The notes: generated by a model from the sequence alone, not told the origin. Counted from the first letter of the stretch, positions 1-9,517 are shown. The stretch: 64,000 nucleotides of DNA from a virus (IMGVR_UViG_3300028797_000096:13860-77859), one strand, 5' to 3'. Made by a program: numbers and translations.

Positions 1-1077
1 AGCGGCAGTATTTGCAATTGTCCATGTGCATACACCACCAACTGTAGTCAAAGAAGGATTTTGTACAACTTGTTTTGTACCCGTAATAGCGCTTGCAATA
101 GCACTTGCAACAGCTTTTTCTGTTGGAATTGCTGTATCGGAAGCACTCGAAACAGTCCCAACACTTGTAACTCTTGTTAAAGTATCAAATGTGCCTTGTG
201 TACCAGAATATGCAACGATATTATATTGTGTACCAGCGGCAACTTTATCTTGTTTAGTATCTAATTCCGTACGAACAGCTTTAGATGTTGCTAATTCTGT
301 ATCTGTTGCTGCACCAGTACCACTTGCAGGACCAACTGTTGTTACAATTGTACCAGATTTAAAGTTTGATGTTGTTAAATCTGAAATTGTATTATCATCA
401 GCATCAATTGTTTTATTTGTTAAAGTTTGAGTTGTATTTAAACGAACTAAATCAGACGCTTCTGTATTATCAATCTTATCAACATCAGCAGAAGTTACTG
501 TTGTGCCTACTGCAACATCTTTATTAAATACTAAATAGTCACCAGGATTCCATTCAACACCACCAACTGTAGCAGGACCAGTACCTGTAACTAAATACAT
601 ATAACCTTGTTTTACAGGTAATGTAATACCAGAATAATCAGTTGTAGATGTAGTAATTGCCCAACCACCAGCATAATGTAATGCACCTGTTAAAGCTGTA
701 TCAATTGCAGATTTTAATTGATATGGATTAACTGCTACACTTGTTAAACTACCTGCAGTGGCTTCAGCATCTGTTGCAATTCTGATTAAACCTTTTACAG
801 CATTTGTAGCATCTGCAACAGAAATTGTACCATCAGAAGCTACTGAAATATTTGTACCAATAATTACACCACCTAAAGTACTTGTTGTTGCAGGTGGTAA
901 ATAACCAACTGGAATTGAACTTGTTCCATTATAGAAATAGACCAAGTGATCTGTCGAATTATACCAGATTTGACCAGCTTTAGGAGTTGAAGGTGCACCA
1001 CTTAATACTTGAAGCACAGCATTCTGCAACTCATTCTGTTTCAAGTCTAAATCGACTACTACTTTTTTACTTGCCAT
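1..1077 (-). CDS. Tail fibre/virion structural protein, partial (runs off the window start; absent from the ORF track)
   Basis: Open frame from ATG at 1077 (MASKKVVVDLDLKQNELQNAVLQVLSGAPSTPKAGQIWYNST...) to base 1, with SD GGAG upstream. Thr/Gly/Ala-rich with LPPATTSTLGGVIIG and QTLTNKTID motifs typical of phage tail-fibre proteins. The + strand 26..430 ORF is its shadow. Confidence 0.8.
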   Translation of the reverse strand, partial: MASKKVVVDLDLKQNELQNAVLQVLSGAPSTPKAGQIWYNSTDHLVYFYNGTSSIPVGYLPPATTSTLGGVIIGTNISVASDGTISVADATNAVKGLIRIATDAEATAGSLTSVAVNPYQLKSAIDTALTGALHYAGGWAITTSTTDYSGITLPVKQGYMYLVTGTGPATVGGVEWNPGDYLVFNKDVAVGTTVTSADVDKIDNTEASDLVRLNTTQTLTNKTIDADDNTISDLTTSNFKSGTIVTTVGPASGTGAATDTELATSKAVRTELDTKQDKVAAGTQYNIVAYSGTQGTFDTLTRVTSVGTVSSASDTAIPTEKAVASAIASAITGTKQVVQNPSLTTVGGVCTWTIANTAA

Positions 1078-1103
1078 TTTTGTTGACTCCTTACATACGG
1101 CTT

Positions 1104-1400
1104 TTAATTAAAATAGATTTTTCCTTTACAAGGTGCATTCATTGTAACTTTGCATTGCATTGGACTTAAATAATCTACCCCACATTCGATAGTGTTTCCT
1201 CCACTATCAACAACTACTACAGATGGATAATCGTTTAATCCATGTGTAACAATCCATTCATTTTGAGCTATTCCCATATCAAATATATACTTGGCTTGCG
1301 AAGAAACTACCAAATTGTCAATCTTTATACCATTTCCAGCTGTATATACCGTAGGATTAGTTTTATTTGCAATTACAGTATCACCTTGACGAATACTCAT
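1104..1400 (-). CDS. Small tail-fibre-associated structural protein
   Basis: THGLNDYPSVVVVDSGG motif common in small phage tail-associated proteins; lies between two fibre-like genes. Confidence 0.55.
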   Translation of the reverse strand: MSIRQGDTVIANKTNPTVYTAGNGIKIDNLVVSSQAKYIFDMGIAQNEWIVTHGLNDYPSVVVVDSGGNTIECGVDYLSPMQCKVTMNAPCKGKIYFN

Positions 1401-1433
1401 TAGAATCTCTTTTTGTATAATTTTTCTTATATA

Positions 1434-1439
1434 TAGAAC
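1434..1439 (-). promoter_or_regulatory. GTTCTA putative phage promoter
   Basis: AGTTCTATAT, oriented toward the gene starting at 1400. Confidence 0.55.
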
Positions 1440-1480
1440 TGAAAAAGAATCTGTAATTATAGTTACTTCTAGTTAAATTA

Positions 1481-4066
1481 TTAACTTTCAACAATCCACT
1501 CTAATTGTTGATTTACATAATTCCACCTTAATATTAAATTATTAGTGTTTTTTTCAGGTAAGGGTAAATCTGGTAAATTTAGTGGACGATTTATAAGGTC
1601 ATAATAATTACCAGTTGAAGCTACTTGTGCTAAATTTGCTACCCCAGCATCTACTTCATTATCATCATCTGTAATCCAACAAATCCAATCATCCGCTATT
1701 GTATGATTAGCTCTACCTGCTTCCCACTCTTGTTTAGTACCAATCCAATCATACATAATATCATTAGATTTAGTTTGTAAACCAATAGCAGTAATATTTG
1801 AAGAATTAGGCTGTTTTATAATAGTTACATCATCTGTTGTAATTACACTTCCAGAAGAAATATGAATTGTACCATCTGGATCAATTGCAATACCATCACC
1901 TGGTTTATATATTTGTCCGATATTTACCCAATTATTATTATACCAAGTATAAAAAGTATTCTCATCTAATACTTTATAAACTAATCCTTCTTGTAAAGTA
2001 GATTTTCTTTCACCTATAACAAAATCTGTACCACTCATACTCGTATGAAAAGTATTTGTAACTAAATCATACATACCAGCAGCTCGAATAACTTTATTAT
2101 AAGCAGGAATATAATTTAAAACAATTGTATCATCTTCATAAACCGCAAAGTCATATATACTTGTAACTAAAATTCTAACATTAGCATCATTGCCTTTAAA
2201 TAAAAATAAAGTAGAATCTAAACTAAAGTGAGGAATATCTGAATATGTCGAAAGAGTAACATTATCTACTTTTAATTTAGTATTATCTTGCATAACTGTA
2301 TGCTTTGTATTACCCCAATCGGTATCCATACTATAAGATTGTGTACCATATATAAAAGTAGCTCTATTAGTACTATAATTAGCGCCAAATCTAATTTTAT
2401 TACCTTCACTCCATGCAGTACTATAAATACAATTATCTAAACCATCTATTAATTTAAAACTTGCAACTACTTTAGTATGATTATTCGCTTTATAACCAGT
2501 ATCTATATATTGTAAATTATCAGCTGTAATATATTCTAATTCTAAATAATCATCAGATAATCTTGTGTTGCCTGTAGGTAAATCATTAAAAGTTGCTACT
2601 TCACCTTGATATTTATATACACCACCTAATTGTGATTTATTATAGTAATTAACTAAATTATTAGTATATCTATTTACAAATTGTGTTGTACTATTATCAT
2701 ATGTTGATAAATCATCTAATACACTAATTACATCATTAGATATATTAATATGATTTCCCATTTTTAAAGCATCTTGCTTAGCCTCTAATTCTTCTAATTT
2801 TTCAGCAGTTATACCTGAATTAACTGCTTCCATCTGATCTTTATCTAATTCATCTTGTTTATTATCCCAAATCTGCTTTTGTTCTGATGTTACATGAATA
2901 GAAGAATTTCTAGTATGTGCAGTTACTGTACCTGTTACTAGATTTATAGCTGTTTGTGTTGCTCTAGAAATAGGCTTATCTAAATCAGAAGTATTATCAA
3001 CATTACCTAAACCAACTTGTTCTTTAGTTACTTGATGAGGATTATCTGTATCTCTTGTATGTAAATCTAAGTTAGCTACATCTTCTTGTAAATCATTGAT
3101 ATCACTAGCATTTTTTGTAATACTTGGAACATTTGTACCATCACCAGTAATATAGTCTGCTGTTATACCAGAATTTAAAGCATCCCATTGAGCCTGACTA
3201 AAATTACTACTATTTAAAGTAAATTGAAAATTCCATACTGGTATATTATTAGTTACTTCTACACAAATATATCTAGTAGCCGGAGCTACTCCACTTTCTT
3301 CATGCTCTTCATCAGCTAAAACAATAGTATAATCATTTACAGCAGGAATAGCACCGGTACCTCTTTTATACCATACTGTAGCATTATCTAAATCGGCTTT
3401 TGTTGGGAAAGGATTACCATCTACATCATATGTAATATAAGCAGCAGATAAATTTTGTATTGCATAATTTACATAATCTTTATCTGCATAATCAGTTTCT
3501 GCTTCTTGCTTGGATAAATATGTATTATCAACAAATTCTCTAGTTGCAACTGTTTCAGTACTGTTTATAGTAACTATACCGTCTTCACTCTGTAAATTTA
3601 ATGGTAAATCTTCATGACCTATAAACACATGGTTATTACTAGAACCAAATATTTCATAGGCTACATCATCTACCATAACAGTAATAGTATTATTTTCACC
3701 TAAATTAACTGTTTTATGATTATCTACATTTTCATATGTAACACAATTTAATTGAATAATACCATCTATAATTGCATCTAATTGAGATTTAGAAGTAATT
3801 AAAACTTCTCTTGATAATTCTGGTAATGGATTACCTTCTTCATCGACACCTTCACCATTTGCAATTTCTAAATATGTACTACCACCTGTACCTAAAACAT
3901 AATATAATCTATAATCATCAGGATTCTGAGGATCACCATCTTCTACTAATTCATATGAATATACTTGTGTATTTGCAGGAATTATTTGTGTATATAATTC
4001 CCCACCTAACATATAATCACTTCTAGCACGGACAAATCTGTGTATAACTTTTGTTACTGTTGACAT
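1481..4066 (-). CDS. Large tail fibre/receptor-binding-like protein (861 aa)
   Basis: KEQVGLGNVDNTSDLDKPIS fibre motif, a YIDTGY... beta-rich lectin/ConA-like domain, and a C-terminal LAQVASTGNYYDLINRP motif. Confidence 0.7.
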   Translation of the reverse strand: MSTVTKVIHRFVRARSDYMLGGELYTQIIPANTQVYSYELVEDGDPQNPDDYRLYYVLGTGGSTYLEIANGEGVDEEGNPLPELSREVLITSKSQLDAIIDGIIQLNCVTYENVDNHKTVNLGENNTITVMVDDVAYEIFGSSNNHVFIGHEDLPLNLQSEDGIVTINSTETVATREFVDNTYLSKQEAETDYADKDYVNYAIQNLSAAYITYDVDGNPFPTKADLDNATVWYKRGTGAIPAVNDYTIVLADEEHEESGVAPATRYICVEVTNNIPVWNFQFTLNSSNFSQAQWDALNSGITADYITGDGTNVPSITKNASDINDLQEDVANLDLHTRDTDNPHQVTKEQVGLGNVDNTSDLDKPISRATQTAINLVTGTVTAHTRNSSIHVTSEQKQIWDNKQDELDKDQMEAVNSGITAEKLEELEAKQDALKMGNHINISNDVISVLDDLSTYDNSTTQFVNRYTNNLVNYYNKSQLGGVYKYQGEVATFNDLPTGNTRLSDDYLELEYITADNLQYIDTGYKANNHTKVVASFKLIDGLDNCIYSTAWSEGNKIRFGANYSTNRATFIYGTQSYSMDTDWGNTKHTVMQDNTKLKVDNVTLSTYSDIPHFSLDSTLFLFKGNDANVRILVTSIYDFAVYEDDTIVLNYIPAYNKVIRAAGMYDLVTNTFHTSMSGTDFVIGERKSTLQEGLVYKVLDENTFYTWYNNNWVNIGQIYKPGDGIAIDPDGTIHISSGSVITTDDVTIIKQPNSSNITAIGLQTKSNDIMYDWIGTKQEWEAGRANHTIADDWICWITDDDNEVDAGVANLAQVASTGNYYDLINRPLNLPDLPLPEKNTNNLILRWNYVNQQLEWIVES

Positions 4067-4097
4067 ATGAGAATACCTATTATAGTTAATATTTAAT

Positions 4098-4103
4098 TAG
4101 AAC
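4098..4103 (-). promoter_or_regulatory. GTTCTA putative phage promoter
   Basis: AGTTCTAATT about 30 nt upstream of the ATG at 4066. Confidence 0.55.
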
Positions 4104-4132
4104 TTTTTAATTAATTTGTAATTTTTATAGGT

Positions 4133-4239
4133 AAAATAAACCCGGTGGTCAAAAAGGAGGAAAATAACCACCGGGAAGACTGTCGGATGTGTAACACTGA
4201 AAAAATAATAAATCTTAACGATATATCAAAAAATCCGAC
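4133..4239 (-). ncRNA. Candidate small RNA with anti-SD loop
   Basis: GTTCTA at 4251-4246; 5' stem GTCGGAT/ATCCGAC (4239-4233 with 4188-4182); 9-bp CCCGGTGGT/ACCACCGGG terminator stem whose 17-nt loop contains CCTCCTT, followed by a U tract. Confidence 0.5.
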
Positions 4240-4251
4240 TATAAATAGAAC

Positions 4252-4854
4252 TCAACTATTCTTAATTTTTGTATATTCATAGAATTTAACCAAAATATCT
4301 CCTTCTTCTTCTGGTAATTCTTCATTAGAATAATTTAATTCTTTACAATTCCAATCTTTTGTATATTCTTCAATGTCTAAAGGAAATCTAATATATTTAT
4401 CAGGGTCTTTGGTTATATCCTCTGATAAAGTTTTACTTTCTACTTTAGTTAAATAAATTTTATCTACTACATTATTTTCTAAGCAATATTTATAAATAGA
4501 TCTCCCACCACAAATAAATATCTTAGAATAATTAGAAGCAAAGGCTACTGCATCTTCAAGACTTGGCATTTGTATAATACCACCTAACCATTCTTTAGTT
4601 TCATCTTCATTCTTTTTACCTATCCAAACAGCCTGACCTGCTTTATATTCAAAACTAACAACAATATTTAAACGATTTTTCAAAGGATAATCCGGTAATC
4701 CAAAAAATGTTCTATCACCAAATATACAAGGATAACCTTTAGTCATTTGTTTATAATGATAAAAGTCTTGCTTACTATGCCAAGGCATTTTATCTTCAAT
4801 ACCTATAACATTATCTGGACCAATGGCAAAAATAGCACAAATTTCTGATTTCAT
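4252..4854 (-). CDS. folA: Dihydrofolate reductase
   Basis: AIGPDNVIGIEDKMPWHSKQD, GDRTF, PLKNRLNIVVS, FICGGRSIYK and KIYLTKV motifs. Confidence 0.95.
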   Translation of the reverse strand: MKSEICAIFAIGPDNVIGIEDKMPWHSKQDFYHYKQMTKGYPCIFGDRTFFGLPDYPLKNRLNIVVSFEYKAGQAVWIGKKNEDETKEWLGGIIQMPSLEDAVAFASNYSKIFICGGRSIYKYCLENNVVDKIYLTKVESKTLSEDITKDPDKYIRFPLDIEEYTKDWNCKELNYSNEELPEEEGDILVKFYEYTKIKNS

Positions 4855-5903
4855 TCTACAGTACCTCTTTTTCTTAAAATTAAACCTAATCTAGTCTTAC
4901 CACCATCTTCTAAAATATCTGCATAACTAGGAATCTTTGCTACTTTTTTATTTTTCATATCATTTACTTGTTTTGTTATTAAAGCAGGACTTATATTAAA
5001 TCTAGCTTTATAAGTATTTGATAATGATTTAATAAAACTCAATACTTTTGGTGCTCTTAATCCTGCTTTATATAAAAATATCTTTCCTAGTATTACTACT
5101 TTTTTACTTAATTGCCCACCATCTTCATTTTCATAAAAAGTAGCAATATCATTTGTATATTTACCATTTTCATATTGCATACTAAGCATAAGAGCTTTCT
5201 TTTTTATTTCTGTAATATTAAATGTATCCACTGTTGTATCTAAATCAGTAATTGGATCTTTAACTATATCCATTAACGATTTATCATTATTATTTTTAGA
5301 ATCTAATCTAAAATCTAACGAAGGTCTAAACAAAGTAGATTCTGGGCGTTGAGTAGCTAAAAATGCTTGATGTCTCCTTTCACCTGTAATTGCCATTCTA
5401 CATATATAAATAAATTCTTTATATAATACTGGATTGTATACTACAGTAGATTCTTTCTTTAATCTTTCACGATGAAACCAGCGATCTCTGTAGAATTTAC
5501 AAATCTTAGCATATTTTAACCAAAACTCAGACGCCCAATCTTCTGCACTACCACTAGCATTATTCATTACAAAACCATTAAAAGTAATGTAATTTTTTAA
5601 ATATTCTGCTATAGATAAAATACAAGTTTCATAGCGTTCTTCAGTTTCATTCATAGCAGGCTGAATGTCTACTCTTTTCAAATATTTAATCTGAGCTTCT
5701 AAACCTTCAATTTGTTTCATACCTTCAATATACTTATTTAATTCCTCTGGTTTTAAACATGTATATATTAACAAATTTTCATCGTTTTTACAGCTCTTTC
5801 TAAAAGCATCTAAATCTTTATAATCAGAATCAATAAATTTTTTAAAACTCTGCTTATAATTAGTACGCTTTGATAAACGCTTACCTTGTATTTTTACTGC
5901 CAT
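4851..5903 (-). CDS. Divergent sigma70-family-like factor (putative)
   Basis: Region-2-like AEDWASEFWLKYAK...FIYICRMAITGERRH and region-3/4-linker-like SLDFRLDSKNNNDKSLMDIVKD. Confidence 0.45.
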   Translation of the reverse strand: MAVKIQGKRLSKRTNYKQSFKKFIDSDYKDLDAFRKSCKNDENLLIYTCLKPEELNKYIEGMKQIEGLEAQIKYLKRVDIQPAMNETEERYETCILSIAEYLKNYITFNGFVMNNASGSAEDWASEFWLKYAKICKFYRDRWFHRERLKKESTVVYNPVLYKEFIYICRMAITGERRHQAFLATQRPESTLFRPSLDFRLDSKNNNDKSLMDIVKDPITDLDTTVDTFNITEIKKKALMLSMQYENGKYTNDIATFYENEDGGQLSKKVVILGKIFLYKAGLRAPKVLSFIKSLSNTYKARFNISPALITKQVNDMKNKKVAKIPSYADILEDGGKTRLGLILRKRGTVE

Positions 5904-5917
5904 AGCAGCTCCTTTTA

Positions 5918-6493
5918 TTATTTGCTGTGAGTATAATATTTATCAATTAGATTTTCTAATACAAATAGAACACTATCTTTAACATTTGGATCTACTGTAT
6001 AATTTTCATATCTAACACCACAACGAGGAAATAAATCTTTAACTACATATTCCCAACCTGCACCCCAACGATGATGAGAAAAATCAGGTACAGATGCATC
6101 AACTAATTCTGTAATACCAGCATTACAAATACTATTCGCACAATCTACGCATGGTGTATAACTTACAGTCATTGTAGTACCATGTAATGGATTTTCATTT
6201 CTTGTAGCAAAAGCAATAGCATTACGTTCTGCATGCTCTAAACGAAAACGATGTACATTATCAAAATTATTACTTTTTAATAATTCTTGATCTTTAAATA
6301 ATACTACCTTACCTTTTGGATAAGTATTACTACCTAAACCAAAAATATTATAATTTTTATCAATAATTGCTGCACCTGTTTGTTTTTTTGGATCATGTGA
6401 ATATCTTTGCATAATCTCAGCAGCAATTAAACCTAAATCATATGGATTTTTTAATTTTGTTCTAACACACAAAGGCGCTTCTAATAAATTCAT
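5918..6493 (-). CDS. dCMP deaminase
   Basis: S-x-DP-x-K-x-x-GAAI, HAERNAI and YTPCVDCANSICNAGI zinc-deaminase motifs. Confidence 0.9.
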   Translation of the reverse strand: MNLLEAPLCVRTKLKNPYDLGLIAAEIMQRYSHDPKKQTGAAIIDKNYNIFGLGSNTYPKGKVVLFKDQELLKSNNFDNVHRFRLEHAERNAIAFATRNENPLHGTTMTVSYTPCVDCANSICNAGITELVDASVPDFSHHRWGAGWEYVVKDLFPRCGVRYENYTVDPNVKDSVLFVLENLIDKYYTHSK

Positions 6494-6601
6494 TTTGATT
6501 TCTCCTTTATTATTTTTTTACACATTTTAATTATAATAAAAAAGTAAAAAATTTCAGCAGTCAATTTTCTATTATTGACTACTATTTTTCCATTTCAAAA
6601 C

Positions 6602-7060
6602 TTAATTCAGAAAATTACCAAGCATTTTATTTGTTTGACCACATAAATATGTTAAGTCAACCATATAATCACTCCAACATTTTACAACATTATGGATTTC
6701 TTCTAATCCATCAATAGAAGTATCCTCTTCAGAATAATAAGTTACTATATTTTCTGTTATCTTTTCACCAACCATTTTTGCTTTTTTAATTCCTGCTTTA
6801 GCTACAGCGTTTTTTCTTTTTGCAATCAATCCAGCAATTTGCCTTTCATAACGCTGAATTTGTGATTTAAAATAACCTAACTCAATCAAAGTAGTATGAC
6901 GCTTATCATTAGAAAGGCTTACAAACTTTTGAATATTTTTAAGAAATTGAATAAAATTAGCAATATCTGCTTCTGACTTAAATATATACTGTAATTGAGG
7001 AGCTAATGTATCAAAATTTAAAGCTTCTACTTTATCTAAATCAAATTCTAATTCTGCCAT
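6602..7060 (-). CDS. UvsY-like recombination mediator (putative)
   Basis: 152-aa helical protein with an ITENIVTYYSEED segment resembling UvsY; lies in the gp32/gp46/gp47 cluster. Confidence 0.5.
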   Translation of the reverse strand: MAELEFDLDKVEALNFDTLAPQLQYIFKSEADIANFIQFLKNIQKFVSLSNDKRHTTLIELGYFKSQIQRYERQIAGLIAKRKNAVAKAGIKKAKMVGEKITENIVTYYSEEDTSIDGLEEIHNVVKCWSDYMVDLTYLCGQTNKMLGNFLN

Positions 7061-7510
7061 TTAATCCTCCTTCTGTTCTGCTTGTTTTAATAATTCTTCT
7101 ACTGATATATGTAATGCAATCGCTATAATTTCACACTGTAACTGATACTTATCTGTACCCTGATGAAAATGATGCTTGTCACAAAGCAAACATAAATTAT
7201 TTTGATTATATAACAAATCTTTACGCTTACTTCTTAAATGTATATGATGAACTTGTGTACCTTTTTTACCACAAACTATACATTTACCTTTATATCTTTC
7301 TATACAAACCTTTCTAGCTTCTTCCCATTTATCTTTAGCTTTATCATTTTGTTTTTTTAATTCATAATCTTCTGGTTTTTTTAATTCTGTCTTTTTTAAA
7401 ATATAATTTTTCTTGGCTTTTAAAGGACTTTTCTTTAATGTATAAAATTTTTTAGGTTTTAACGGCGTTCTTTTCATCATATCCTTTATAGTAGTGTTGG
7501 GTGAAGTCAT
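7061..7510 (-). CDS. HNH endonuclease with basic repetitive N-terminus
   Basis: CIVCG...QVHHI...NLCLLCDKHH. Confidence 0.85.
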   Translation of the reverse strand: MTSPNTTIKDMMKRTPLKPKKFYTLKKSPLKAKKNYILKKTELKKPEDYELKKQNDKAKDKWEEARKVCIERYKGKCIVCGKKGTQVHHIHLRSKRKDLLYNQNNLCLLCDKHHFHQGTDKYQLQCEIIAIALHISVEELLKQAEQKED

Positions 7511-7551
7511 AACTCTCCACCCATACTACTTACACACAACAAAGATAAGGT

Positions 7552-8358
7552 TTAGAAAGGCATAGTATCTGCAATTTCTGTATTATTATTTATAGCGTTT
7601 TTTGCATTTACATATTCATTTACCATATCTTCTGCAACTTGACGCATCTTCAACATTTCTTCATCAGAAGGTGCTTTCCATACATCAGATAAAGTTAAAT
7701 TTTCATTTTCTTCTTTTAATTTAGCAACAACCTCTGCAGATGGCATAAATTGGCCAAAACTAATTTCACGTTCCCATTTACCATTATCAGTTGAACGATA
7801 AAAACGAATTGTATTACTTGCTTCCCATTGTAATAAGTCAGGTGTTTCAGCATCCATATACTTTTCAACTAACCAACGTGTTAAATAAGTACCTTTTTGT
7901 TGCAAAATAGAAACATGAGCTTGATCCCAATCTTTCTTTAAATCTGTATCCAAAACAACTGCTTTAATATTAGAAGTTAATACAGGATCAAATACAGGTA
8001 TTGGACCATATTTACCCTCTGTTTTTAATTCATCTTCTTTAAAGCCCATTGCTAATAATTTACGCTTGGCTTCACAAATTGGACATTTAATACCCAAATT
8101 TTTCAAATGACTTGTTTGTTCAGGACAAATCATATGCAAATCTTTATTAGGACCTAAATTCCAATGCTGAGCAGCAATAGTAGAAAAAATATTATTTTCT
8201 TTTGAATTACCTGGCAATAATTTAAACTTTACTTCACGTTTAAAAGCTTTACCATTTTGTACCCAATCAATAGGAGTTAATGCTGGGGCTGCGTCTTTTT
8301 TTGCTTGTTTATCATCTTTTAATAATGATTCCATCCATTCCATATTAATTTGTTTCAT
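7552..8358 (-). CDS. Single-stranded DNA-binding protein, T4 gp32-like
   Basis: FKLLPG, H-W...ICP...CPICE zinc motif, acidic C-terminus ending IADTMPF. Confidence 0.75.
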   Translation of the reverse strand: MKQINMEWMESLLKDDKQAKKDAAPALTPIDWVQNGKAFKREVKFKLLPGNSKENNIFSTIAAQHWNLGPNKDLHMICPEQTSHLKNLGIKCPICEAKRKLLAMGFKEDELKTEGKYGPIPVFDPVLTSNIKAVVLDTDLKKDWDQAHVSILQQKGTYLTRWLVEKYMDAETPDLLQWEASNTIRFYRSTDNGKWEREISFGQFMPSAEVVAKLKEENENLTLSDVWKAPSDEEMLKMRQVAEDMVNEYVNAKNAINNNTEIADTMPF

Positions 8359-8382
8359 TTTCTATTCCTTATGTTTGTTGTT

Positions 8383-8422
8383 AAGAGGTTTTAGACAGTT
8401 ATCCTCTGTCATTATATAGAAC
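8383..8422 (-). promoter_or_regulatory. GTTCTA promoter plus structured ssb leader
   Basis: GTTCTA (8422-8417), 6 nt, then GACAG-AGGATAA-CTGTC hairpin with a downstream CCTCT complement. Confidence 0.5.
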
Positions 8423-8467
8423 GCATTTTATATTTAATTTTTTCTTATAAAATTTCCAATTCGAATA

Positions 8468-9517
8468 TTAAATTTTCGCTTTATCTAACAAACGAATACC
8501 TTCTTGTAATAATTTTTCTTTTTGTTCTTCAGTATTATCTGTTTTTTCTATAAATTGTTTCATAATACTTACTTCATCGTCTTCGCTATTAGCTTGCGTA
8601 ATATCAGCCGTAGAATGTTTATCAAAAGAAAGCCTTGTTAAATCTATATGAATATCTTTTCCTTTAACCTGGGCTAGTTTTTGTTCAATTTCAGGTGTAA
8701 TTAATATATCTGAACTAACTTCTACTTTTACATAATTATCATTGCTTATAGTTAAAATCTGATCAATGTTATCATCAGTAAAAGTTAACCAATCTGGACA
8801 ACTAAAACTTTTTCTTTCAATCTTATTAGTTTCTGTATCATAAATAATAATATTATTTCTTGATTTACCAGGATCTTTAAATGATAATCTTTGTGTAGAA
8901 CCAACCACTTGAATATTTTTAGCATAACTACCACTACCATGATAATGACCTTGTATCGTCATTTTAAATTGCTTTAATAATTCTAAAGATACTCCATGAG
9001 TAGTTTCTATACCATTGCCTAAATTAATACCTTTTAATTCAAGATGTGAAAATACTATCTTATCTTGTTTATCTTTAATATTTTCTAATACTGAAGTAGC
9101 ATATTCATCAGAAGTACAATATGGCATATATATAAAGTTACTTATTTCTGTTGGCTTATCATATACTGTCACATTATCAAAATATTTAAATGGAATAAGT
9201 TTATGTACATTTTTATAATTTGTACTTGCACTCAAATCATGATTACCAACAATCATATCTAAAGGTTTGATTTTACTTATTTTTTCTACAAATTCACAAA
9301 CTGCAGATAAAGTTTGTGTAGAAATATTATCCCCAACCGGACCAAATAAATCACCAACAAAAACTATTTTATCTATACTATCTTCTTGACAAATTTTAAT
9401 TATGTCATCTGCACAAGATAAATGTTCTAATTCTCTTACAGTATAACCTTCAGAAGTAATATGAGAAAAACGATGAGTATGATGAAAATGAATATCACTA
9501 AAACATAAAATTTTCAT
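8468..9517 (-). CDS. sbcD: Recombination endonuclease subunit (gp47/Mre11/SbcD)
   Basis: FSDIH, VGDLF, VGNHD, FSH, GHYH and GS metallophosphoesterase motifs; adjacent to the Rad50-like gene. Confidence 0.92.
   Translation of the reverse strand: MKILCFSDIHFHHTHRFSHITSEGYTVRELEHLSCADDIIKICQEDSIDKIVFVGDLFGPVGDNISTQTLSAVCEFVEKISKIKPLDMIVGNHDLSASTNYKNVHKLIPFKYFDNVTVYDKPTEISNFIYMPYCTSDEYATSVLENIKDKQDKIVFSHLELKGINLGNGIETTHGVSLELLKQFKMTIQGHYHGSGSYAKNIQVVGSTQRLSFKDPGKSRNNIIIYDTETNKIERKSFSCPDWLTFTDDNIDQILTISNDNYVKVEVSSDILITPEIEQKLAQVKGKDIHIDLTRLSFDKHSTADITQANSEDDEVSIMKQFIEKTDNTEEQKEKLLQEGIRLLDKAKI

Noticed and set aside
1481-4066. Diversity-generating retroelement target or invertible tail-fibre cassette
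   Set aside because: No reverse transcriptase, template/variable repeat pair or invertase was seen in the window.
4150-4166. Plus-strand RBS (AAGGAGG) for a hidden ORF
   Set aside because: No start codon at a usable distance, the SD is enclosed by a 9-bp stem, and the U tract is on the minus strand.
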